Positions 25,267-31,998 of a DNA stretch of 31,998 nt are shown here, one piece after another; the first letter of the stretch is position 1; each line of letters begins with the position of its first letter. The notes beneath the pieces are model-generated. The model saw only the letters and a program-made list of their open reading frames with translations, ran no database searches and had not been told where the DNA came from. Source of the stretch: Candidatus Tayloriibacteriota bacterium (lineage in GTDB: Bacteria > Patescibacteriota > Minisyncoccia > Phycocordibacterales > PALSA-1337). The translations under genes and the position numbers were made by a program. The DNA lies in NCBI GenBank assembly GCA_026395095.1, contig JAPLZI010000038.1:1-31998 (forward strand). Direction: 5' to 3'.

Positions 25267-25887
25267 ATGGATTACATGCTCGCAATCCTTTCCATAATTA
25301 TCCTCATATTTTCGGTCATAGTGCACGAAGTCGCACATGGCTATATGGCTGATCGGCTGGGGGATCCGACTGCCAGACTTTCTGGACGATTGACCTTGAA
25401 TCCGCTGAAACATATAGATCCCATAGGTTCTATTATCGTTCCCCTTATAACCTCACTTGCCGGTTTTACATTCGGCTGGGCCAAACCAGTTCCTTACAAT
25501 CCATACAATCTCAAGAATAAACGGCAAGGTGAATTTCTGATTGCCGCTGCGGGCCCCGGATCGAACCTGTTGATCGCGTTCATTTTTGGGACCATCCTAC
25601 GGTTTATTGATCTTAGTTCGCCATCGATGGCGCCGGTGATAACAATTTTTGCTTCTATAGTAATCATAAACATCGTGCTCGCAGTTTTTAATCTCATCCC
25701 ATTACCACCCCTCGATGGATCAAAAATACTTTTCTCTATCATGATGCCGGATCAATATGGACGAGCCCGAATGATCCTCGAACAATACGCGCCGATTTTC
25801 GTCCTCATAGTGGTGCTTTTCCTGTGGCAAATTCTTGCGCCAGTTATCCTGTGGGTATTTCAACTTTTTACGGGGATCAATCTGTAG
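25267..25887 (+). CDS. Site-2 protease (M50 family) membrane metalloprotease
   Basis: HEVAH zinc motif, GDPTARLSGRLTLNPLKHID, AAAGPGSN, FNLIPLPPLDG. Confidence 0.93.
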   Translation: MDYMLAILSIIILIFSVIVHEVAHGYMADRLGDPTARLSGRLTLNPLKHIDPIGSIIVPLITSLAGFTFGWAKPVPYNPYNLKNKRQGEFLIAAAGPGSNLLIAFIFGTILRFIDLSSPSMAPVITIFASIVIINIVLAVFNLIPLPPLDGSKILFSIMMPDQYGRARMILEQYAPIFVLIVVLFLWQILAPVILWVFQLFTGINL

Positions 25888-25911
25888 GGGAGTTGTTGTT
25901 CATAATGCCTA

Positions 25912-25939
25912 TTGACAGATTTTTGGAAAGTAATACCAT
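25912..25939 (+). promoter_or_regulatory. Sigma70 promoter TTGACA-N16-TACCAT
   Basis: Consensus -35 with TAnnnT -10; no ORF follows within 400 nt. Confidence 0.6.
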
Positions 25940-25945
25940 GCTCAT

Positions 25946-26362
25946 TTGTCGGGTAACGAGGGGTGCAACCTGAGAAAGGCCGACCCCAACCGGACCCACA
26001 TGGTAGTAGTGATAGTGGTTAGTTCGTGATAAGTAAACGTCAGCCTAATGCCCAGCTCTCCGAAGGCAGGAAGTGTTAGGATAACTGGCGTCTTGCTACT
26101 AGCTAGCCGAAAGGTTGGCTAATAGTCGAAGCGTAATACGGGCCTTCGTGGTTCCGTCGGTAGCTAGTGATTTCGTCGTAACCAACCCGATTTGGTGATC
26201 TCGATTTGGTGATTTGAGTCGGATGGACCCTTCGCCTTCACAGCTCCAAAAACAAAGTGCTCGGCGCCTTAGGCGACCAGCACACCCTGGCAATGTTTCG
26301 TTGCGTCATCCACACTGATACTGTGGGAGAATGCAATAAAACATCGCCGGGGTCTTTTTTTT
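25946..26362 (+). ncRNA. Candidate ~410-nt structured ncRNA (family not recognised)
   Basis: Own promoter and terminator. Helices with plus-strand G-U pairs: 26003-26009/26093-26099, 26037-26043/26085-26091, 26044-26048/26076-26080, 26100-26121 (GAAA loop), 26127-26148, 26257-26283. Confidence 0.6.
26285..26362 (+). terminator. Long rod hairpin followed by T8
   Basis: CCCTGGCAATGTTT/AAACATCGCCGGGG outer stem, inner TTGCGT/ATGCAA and CCACA/TGTGG, T-run 26355-26362. Confidence 0.7.
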
Positions 26363-26378
26363 GTTTTGATCCTCATTC

Positions 26379-26407
26379 TTGCAAATGCGGTTTGTCTTTG
26401 ATAATGT
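26379..26407 (+). promoter_or_regulatory. Putative rpsL promoter TTGCAA-N17-TAATGT
   Basis: Hexamers and spacing; lies just after the terminator. Confidence 0.5.
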
Positions 26408-26544
26408 ACTCCCACGGCCCACAGAGGGTAAAAAATCAATTATTAAGGCAAGAATGAGTAATCGCCTCGGCTCGCTAGGGCTAAAAGCGGTGAAAAAGTC
26501 AATCTTGCATAGCATTAAAGCCTAAAAAGGCGCCGCATTATAAA

Positions 26545-26967
26545 ATGCCAACAATCAATCAACTCACAAAGTCGAACAGGAGACGTTTCAAGAGCAAGTC
26601 GAAATCTGTTGCCTTGACTCGCACATTTAATTCCATCAGGAATCAGCCGGTATTTTTTCCGGCACCATTCAAGCGTGGCGTATGTGTGAAAGTCACTACC
26701 AAGACTCCTAAGAAGCCGAACTCGGCTATCCGCAAGATCGCCCGCGTCCGCCTCACGAACGGTATGGAAGTCACAGCATATGTTCCGGGCATGGGACACA
26801 ATCTTCAGGAACACGCCGTGGTCCTCCTCCGCGGTGGCCGCGTCAAGGATGTAGGTCTCCGATATTCTATCGTCCGCGGAGTCCTCGACTGCGCTGGTGT
26901 GGAAGCTAGGAGAAAAGGTCGCAGTCAATACGGCAACAAGAAGCCAAAGGCCGCTAAGGTCGCCTAA
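26545..26967 (+). CDS. rpsL: 30S ribosomal protein S12
   Basis: [32 protein letters not shown]. Confidence 0.98.
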   Translation: MPTINQLTKSNRRRFKSKSKSVALTRTFNSIRNQPVFFPAPFKRGVCVKVTTKTPKKPNSAIRKIARVRLTNGMEVTAYVPGMGHNLQEHAVVLLRGGRVKDVGLRYSIVRGVLDCAGVEARRKGRSQYGNKKPKAAKVA

Positions 26968-26997
26968 TATTCAGGCCTAACAGCTAATTTCACTAAC

Positions 26998-27468
26998 ATG
27001 CGAAGAAAAATAAACATAAAAAGAATTCTCAAACCTGATGCGAACTACGAATCATTGAAGCTCGCCAAGTTCACGAACTACATCATGGATTCCGGCAAGA
27101 AGACTGTTGCTAGGAAGATCGTCGCTGACTGCATGCTCGCCATAAAGGAGAAGGCCAAAGTAGAGAATCCTCTGGAGGTTTTCGAAGCTGCTCTGAAAAA
27201 TACGACTCCGGCCATGGAAGTCCGCTCTCGCCGTGTCGGTGGCGCTAACTACCAAGTCCCTCGCGAAGTTCGCCCAGAGCGCAAGAATGCACTCTCCATG
27301 AAATGGATCATCGATGCCGCCCGCTCAAAAAAGGGGGCGCCTATGCACCTCAAACTCGCTGACGAGATTATCGCCGCTTCTAAGAACGAAGGTGAGGCCG
27401 TAAAGAAGCGTGAAAATGTCCACAAGATGGCCGAAGCCAACAAGGCCTTCGCTCACTTTGCGTGGTAA
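26998..27468 (+). CDS. rpsG: 30S ribosomal protein S7
   Basis: EVRSRRVGGANYQVP, HKMAEANKAFAHF. Confidence 0.98.
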   Translation: MRRKINIKRILKPDANYESLKLAKFTNYIMDSGKKTVARKIVADCMLAIKEKAKVENPLEVFEAALKNTTPAMEVRSRRVGGANYQVPREVRPERKNALSMKWIIDAARSKKGAPMHLKLADEIIAASKNEGEAVKKRENVHKMAEANKAFAHFAW

Positions 27469-27470
27469 CC

Positions 27471-27487
27471 GGTCGCAATTTGCGACC
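27471..27487. repeat. Palindrome GGTCGCAATTTGCGACC; variant GTCACAATTTGTGAC at 27672-27686
   Basis: Two palindromes 200 bp apart differing by one compensatory pair. Confidence 0.75.
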
Positions 27488-27511
27488 ACATCAAAATAAG
27501 TTTATAATTGC

Positions 27512-27542
27512 AAAAGAGGTTCGGCATGGCCGCGCCTTTTTT
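27512..27542 (+). terminator. Imperfect terminator-like hairpin after rpsG
   Basis: AGG..CGGC-ATG-GCCG..CCT followed by a T-run. Confidence 0.35.
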
Positions 27543-27572
27543 GTTTGAATTAATAGTTAATATAAATTTTTC

Positions 27573-27993
27573 ATGAAAAAAGAACTTGAACCGGGCTGTT
27601 TTGCGTAATATTAATCGTTTTCCTGAAGATTTTATGTTTCAATTAGCTCTCAACGAAGCCACGGCTTTGAAGTCACAATTTGTGACCTCAAAGGCTGGTC
27701 GAGGTGGTCGTCGTAAATTACCGTACGTTTTTACTGAACTGGGCGTGGCCATGCTTTCTTCCGTTTTGAATAGCGATCGCGCTGTCCAGATGAACATCTT
27801 CATAATGCGTGCCTTCGTAAAGCTCCGCGAGATGTTGGCGACCCATAAGGATTTGGCTCTTAAGATAGAAGAGTTGGAAATAGAACAGAAAAAACAAGGT
27901 CATAAAATCTCTGATGTTTCTGATGTTTTAAAACGAATGCTTGCAGATCTGACCAAACCAAAAGATGCGATAGGGTTTCAAACTAATCCGTAG
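27573..27993 (+). pseudogene. ORF6N-domain (KilA-N-like/antirepressor-type) DNA-binding protein, 5'-deleted
   Basis: LNRAVLRNINRFPEDFMFQL...GGRRKLPYVFTELGVAMLSSVLNSDRA. ATG 27573 (MKKEL) is out of frame with TTG 27586 and the usual N-terminal segment is missing. Confidence 0.75.
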
Positions 27994-28021
27994 TAGTCTT
28001 AGTTGTGGTATAATTTTTCCC

Positions 28022-28480
28022 ATGAAACCGGTTTCAAAGGTCTACAAAGTGATTATCGGACTGATTAGCGTTGTGGGTCTATTATTTTACGCGAATATCT
28101 TATTTATGTTGTTTGTTGGAATTGGGTTTACATCTGCAAGCCAAAGACCCGCCTTGCTGGTTGGTGGTACGTTGTTATTCTCCGCACTTTTTTTGTTTTT
28201 AATTTATTTTGTAATCAAAATTTTTAAAGCGACTTATAGTGAAGATTTATACAGTAAATTCATTTGGATTGTTATAATAATTGGATGCCTTCTCCTTTAT
28301 ACTTGGATTTTGTCTAGTTTGGAAACTGGTAAACAAAAGTCTGAGATTCAAGATCGGCGAGTTCACTGTAAGGAAGTCCCAGAGCAAAACTATGTTTGTA
28401 ACATAGGAGGAAAATATCCAGAACTGAAATTATTTTCGTGTAACGATGGTTCATCAAGTTTTTGTGCTGCTAAACTGTAG
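28022..28480 (+). CDS. Hypothetical membrane protein (3 TM, Cys-containing C-terminal tail)
   Basis: Three hydrophobic stretches; TG-G-TATAAT extended -10 lies 7 nt upstream. Confidence 0.7.
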   Translation: MKPVSKVYKVIIGLISVVGLLFYANILFMLFVGIGFTSASQRPALLVGGTLLFSALFLFLIYFVIKIFKATYSEDLYSKFIWIVIIIGCLLLYTWILSSLETGKQKSEIQDRRVHCKEVPEQNYVCNIGGKYPELKLFSCNDGSSSFCAAKL

Positions 28481-28505
28481 ATATCTCTCAGTTGATTAAG
28501 AGCCC

Positions 28506-28534
28506 TTGCCACTATTGTTTAATTCCTGTATCGT
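28506..28534 (+). promoter_or_regulatory. fusA-specific promoter TTGCCA-N17-TATCGT
   Basis: Hexamers with 17-bp spacer, 53 nt upstream of ATG 28588. Confidence 0.55.
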
Positions 28535-28587
28535 ATTACTTACCTAAGCCCTGGGCTTTTTTATTTAAATTTGGCATAAAACCATTC

Positions 28588-30732
28588 ATGAACCGCGACT
28601 ATCCATTAGACAAAGTACGAAACTTCGGCATCATCGCTCACATCGATGCCGGCAAGACAACCACATCGGAACGCATCCTTTTCTATACAGGAATGACCCA
28701 CAAGATCGGGGAAGTACACGATGGTAACACCGTGACCGACTGGATGGAACAGGAACGCGAACGCGGTATTACGATCACCGCGGCCGCTATCACTTGTTTC
28801 TGGAATCCGACATATATGCCGACGACGGATGTTTCGAAGAAGGTCCGTTTCAATATCATCGACACTCCTGGTCACATCGACTTTACCGTAGAGGTCAAGC
28901 GCTCACTCCGCGTGCTCGACGGTGCCGTTGTCGTGTTCGACGGCGTCGCTGGTGTCGAACCGCAGTCTGAGACCAACTGGCGTTATGCTGACGATGGCAA
29001 GGTTCCGAGGCTCTGCTTCATAAACAAGATGGACCGTATGGGTGCCTCGTTCGAGAAGTCATATAAGTCTATTTTGGAGCGTTTGAATAAAAACGCGATC
29101 CGATTCCAGCTACCGATAGGCCTCGAAGGCGACCATGTCGGAGTTGTGGATCTCCTGAAGATGAAGGCTTTCTATTTCGAAGGGGAAATGGGCAATAAAA
29201 TAGTGGAAAAAGAAATTCCGGCCGACATGCTAGAAGATGCAAAGAAATATCGCGCCGAAATGATCGAGAAGGTCGTTGAACACGATGATGTCACTATGCA
29301 GGCGTACTTGGATGGTAAAGAGATTTCAATAGATGCTTTCAAGAAAGCCGCCCGTGCCGCTGTTATTCAGAATAAAATTTTCCCTGTCTTTACTGGATCG
29401 GCACTAAAGAACGTCGGTGTCCAACTCGTTCTCGACGCTGTCGTTGATTACCTTCCCTCACCGCTCGATGTTCCTCCAGTCAAAGGCATTGATCCCCGCA
29501 CTGGTGAAGAAGTCATCCGACATGCCTCTGATGAGGAACCTTTTGCCGCTTTGGCCTTCAAGCTTCAGAACGATCCATTCGTCGGCCAGCTCACATTCTT
29601 CCGTGTTTATTCCGGAACTATCGAGGCAGGTACTTATCTATACAATTCCACCACTGGCAAAAGGGAGCGTTTGGGCCGTATTGTCCGCCTCCAAGCCGAC
29701 AAGCGCGAAGAAGTGAAAAAAGTTTTTGCCGGAGAGATCGCCGCGGCCGTGGGACTAAAAGATGCCCTTACCTCAAACACATTTTGCGATGAAGAGAACC
29801 CGATTGTTCTAGAAAAGATCAAATTTATGGAGCCGGTCGTGTCGCTCCGCATCGAACCGAAGACCAAAGCCGACCAGGAAAAGATGGGTATGGCTCTCCG
29901 CAAACTTGGCAATGAAGACCCGACATTCCGCATATCATCGAATCAGGAAACGGGTGAGACTATCATTTCAGGAATGGGTGAGCTTCACCTTGAGATCATG
30001 GTGGATCGCATGAAGAGGGAGTTTACCGTCGAAGCAAATGTTGGCGAACCGCAAGTAGCCTATCGTGAGACGATCATGGGCACGGCCGAAGCGGAACACA
30101 AATACATCAAACAGACTGGTGGTAAGGGTCAGTATGGTCACGTTCGTCTGACTTTGAAGCCGATGGAGCCACTGATAGAAGGCGAGAAGATCCCAAAGAA
30201 TACAAAGCGCTATGATGATTTTGAATTTATAAACTCGATCAAGGGCGGTGTTATTCCGAATGAATTTATTCCGGCTGTCGAGAAAGGCGTTCATGAAGCA
30301 ATGGATCGGGGTATTGTTGCTGGTTACAAGATGGTGAATATCTCTTGCGAGCTCACTTTCGGTTCATACCACGATGTTGACTCGTCGGAGATCGCCTATA
30401 AGATTGCGGCTTCGCAGGCATTTCAGGATGCGGCGAAGCGTGCAAAGCCGGTTATTCTGGAGCCAATCATGAAACTGGAAGTAGTTGCACCGGAGAAATA
30501 CATGGGCGATATTATTGGTTCTATTTCCTCAAAGCGCGGACAGGTGGAAGGTTCGGAGCCAAAAGGGCAGGTGCTCGCCATTCATGCGAAGGTTCCACTC
30601 TCGGAAATGTTCGGCTATACAACGCAGTTGCGCTCGATGACTTCGGGTCAAGGAAGCGCTCAACTAGAATTTGATCACTATGAAGTTGTGCCTCCGAATG
30701 TGGCGTTGGAGATTGCGGAGAAGAGAAAGTAA
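28588..30732 (+). CDS. fusA: Elongation factor G
   Basis: [35 protein letters not shown]. Start set at ATG 28588 ([14 protein letters not shown]). Confidence 0.98.
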   Translation: MNRDYPLDKVRNFGIIAHIDAGKTTTSERILFYTGMTHKIGEVHDGNTVTDWMEQERERGITITAAAITCFWNPTYMPTTDVSKKVRFNIIDTPGHIDFTVEVKRSLRVLDGAVVVFDGVAGVEPQSETNWRYADDGKVPRLCFINKMDRMGASFEKSYKSILERLNKNAIRFQLPIGLEGDHVGVVDLLKMKAFYFEGEMGNKIVEKEIPADMLEDAKKYRAEMIEKVVEHDDVTMQAYLDGKEISIDAFKKAARAAVIQNKIFPVFTGSALKNVGVQLVLDAVVDYLPSPLDVPPVKGIDPRTGEEVIRHASDEEPFAALAFKLQNDPFVGQLTFFRVYSGTIEAGTYLYNSTTGKRERLGRIVRLQADKREEVKKVFAGEIAAAVGLKDALTSNTFCDEENPIVLEKIKFMEPVVSLRIEPKTKADQEKMGMALRKLGNEDPTFRISSNQETGETIISGMGELHLEIMVDRMKREFTVEANVGEPQVAYRETIMGTAEAEHKYIKQTGGKGQYGHVRLTLKPMEPLIEGEKIPKNTKRYDDFEFINSIKGGVIPNEFIPAVEKGVHEAMDRGIVAGYKMVNISCELTFGSYHDVDSSEIAYKIAASQAFQDAAKRAKPVILEPIMKLEVVAPEKYMGDIIGSISSKRGQVEGSEPKGQVLAIHAKVPLSEMFGYTTQLRSMTSGQGSAQLEFDHYEVVPPNVALEIAEKRK

Positions 30733-30742
30733 TCATAACAGA

Positions 30743-30864
30743 GAAGTAGGAGGAACATGACCCCAAAAGAACTCCACTGCTGTATCGATTTTGTGCCTAA
30801 AGAATAACCATAATAGGTGGCTCCCACTGGGAATGTTCTTTTTGGGTCATGTTCCTTCCACTTC
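30743..30864 (+). ncRNA. Stem-closed 62-nt-loop element, copy B (unknown family)
   Basis: 30-bp stem 30743-30772/30835-30864 (27 WC, 1 G-U, 2 mismatches). Loop: TCC-N16-TGTGCCTAAAGAA-N15-GCTCCCACTGGGAAT. Confidence 0.75.
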
Positions 30865-30906
30865 CTTTACCTGTTGATAACTCTTCCTTCCCAGAAAAAC
30901 CTGTTT

Positions 30907-30968
30907 TGCTATAATGTTCCCACTACCCAAGCGATTGGACGAAAGTCCGGTCGCTTGTTCTCTTTCTT
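30907..30968 (+). promoter_or_regulatory. Extended -10 promoter immediately followed by a GAAA-capped 13-bp hairpin and pyrimidine tract
   Basis: TG-C-TATAAT 30907-30915; CAAGCGATTGGAC-GAAA-GTCCGGTCGCTTG 30928-30957; TTCTCTTTCTT tail. Confidence 0.55.
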
Positions 30969-31035
30969 ATCAAATAGGTATAAACTAGTATCAACTTAAA
31001 AACTTGGGGTAACACCCAAAAACTCAATCAAAAAC

Positions 31036-31998
31036 ATGTTAAAAAATCATAATGTTCATGTCATCGCCACTTACGCTTTATTGATATTAGCGGCGCCCTT
31101 ACTCCTCACATCTATTGCAAGCGCCCAGGCAGTGAATTGTCCAACAGGTTATTCTTGTACTCCTATTCCGCAAGTACCAGGTTGTCCTGTCGGATATCTT
31201 TGTCTTCCTTTGACTACTTCTTCCGGTTCTGGCGCTTTTTTAAACACTACTAATAGTGGCGGGAGTTCGAGTGGCGGGTATTACAGTGGGACCACTGGAA
31301 GCGGGTATGCCACCGGCGGATCTATCAGTTCTTGCTATGTATACAGTCGCAATCTATCTATAGGCAGTTCAGGTCAGGATGTTGCAGCGCTTCAGAGTTT
31401 CCTCATCAGAAATGGCTTTAATATTCCCAATGTTGCAAATAGGCTAGTTGCGGCAGGAAGTTTTGGCACCAATACGGCCAGCGCATTGAGTCGGTATCAG
31501 GCCGTAAATGGTATCGCTGAAAACGGTCAATTTGGCTCGATCACTCGTGCGAAGCTAAATTCTTGGTGTTGCAACACGGCGACTGCGACGCCTGCAGTTC
31601 CTGTCGCGCCCACAACAGCGGTTTCTCCAGTTTACAATTCGCCTGCCAATCCCGTGAATACTCCACCATCAACGATCAATCTTACATCACCAACATTAAC
31701 CGCCCCAGCTGTTTCAACATTACCTCCTACGACCTCCTTCACAATATCGTCGGCTTCGATCACTCTCGGACAAGCCGCAAACCTGACTTCTGTCACAAAC
31801 TCACCGTCGGCTACTCTAAAGAGTGCCGCAATCGACCAATCTACCGATAATGTTAATTGGACTTCGGGAACACCTTGCGGATATTGGAATAGTACAACCG
31901 GAAGGGATAACACCCACACAATTTCATGTAGTCTTTTGCCTGGCGCTGCTGGAACATACTATTTCCGATCGCGTGGTACGGAAAATAATGGTACATCG
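31036..31998 (+). CDS. Secreted peptidoglycan-binding-domain surface protein (partial, runs off the window end; absent from the ORF track)
   Basis: Open from ATG 31036 to the end: signal peptide, 2x CPxGYxC, Gly/Ser linker, RNLSIGSSGQDVAALQSFL...FGTNTASALSRYQAVNGI...FGSITRAKLN, P/T-rich stalk, start of a beta-rich domain. Confidence 0.88.
   Translation, partial: MLKNHNVHVIATYALLILAAPLLLTSIASAQAVNCPTGYSCTPIPQVPGCPVGYLCLPLTTSSGSGAFLNTTNSGGSSSGGYYSGTTGSGYATGGSISSCYVYSRNLSIGSSGQDVAALQSFLIRNGFNIPNVANRLVAAGSFGTNTASALSRYQAVNGIAENGQFGSITRAKLNSWCCNTATATPAVPVAPTTAVSPVYNSPANPVNTPPSTINLTSPTLTAPAVSTLPPTTSFTISSASITLGQAANLTSVTNSPSATLKSAAIDQSTDNVNWTSGTPCGYWNSTTGRDNTHTISCSLLPGAAGTYYFRSRGTENNGTS

Noticed and set aside
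25946-26362. tmRNA, RNase P RNA, SRP RNA or self-splicing intron identity
   Set aside because: CAGCTCCA at 26241 recalls a tmRNA 3' end but there is no T-loop or matching 5' strand. No GAGGAAAGTCC, no SRP helix-8 consensus, no group I P/Q/R/S or group II domain V text.
28492-28587. 32-aa N-terminal extension of EF-G given by the ORF track
   Set aside because: The region contains a promoter and non-protein-like sequence; homology begins at ATG 28588.
30937-30948. GGACGAAAGTCC as a hammerhead ribozyme fragment
   Set aside because: No CTGANGA core upstream; it is simply a GNRA-capped hairpin.
214-31919. Numerous 60-180 aa ORFs antisense to or overlapping the called genes (e.g. 1289-1606, 8997-9374, 18718-19257, 21612-22022, 26515-26928, 31632-31919)
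   Set aside because: Shadow frames of well-supported genes with no recognisable motifs.
1-31998. CRISPR array, tRNA, rRNA, integrase or transposase
   Set aside because: No regularly spaced repeat-spacer series, cloverleaf with T-loop consensus, rRNA signature or DDE/HUH/tyrosine-recombinase motif was seen.

Overview
This 32-kb window looks like housekeeping DNA from a reduced bacterial genome, most likely Patescibacteria/CPR (Parcubacteria-like; inferred from gene content and near absence of Shine-Dalgarno motifs; genetic code 11). Genes in order: ECF S-component-like gene, rny, clpP, rsmE, tig, two secreted/membrane hypotheticals, K+-independent H+-pyrophosphatase, nusA, type IV pilus cluster (pilB, pilC, four minor pilins), tpiA, pgk, HIT, recJ, rnhA, comEC, a BECR-fold toxin-like ORF, small soluble PPase, a truncated sod fused to a dinB 3' remnant, a degenerate ComEC-type MBL domain, rpmB, M50 peptidase, rpsL-rpsG, a two-gene insert, fusA, and a partial peptidoglycan-binding surface protein. 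I found no tRNA, rRNA, CRISPR array or transposase. The most striking unexplained signal is a two-copy intergenic element (16151-16294 and 30743-30864). In each copy a long, covarying 30-41 bp stem closes a loop of exactly 62 nt made of three near-invariant boxes separated by unrelated 16-nt and 15-nt segments, an architecture suggesting a dual-guide RNA. Other highlights: an ~410-nt structured RNA candidate with its own promoter and terminator upstream of rpsL; further structured intergenic elements (738-963, 5230-5496, 22920-23049); and five gene lesions (in-frame TAG in a PilX-like gene, ~11-codon deletions in HIT and RecJ, the sod-dinB deletion fusion, an ORF6N 5' deletion). All calls come from reading the sequence by eye; no database searches or folding programs were run.
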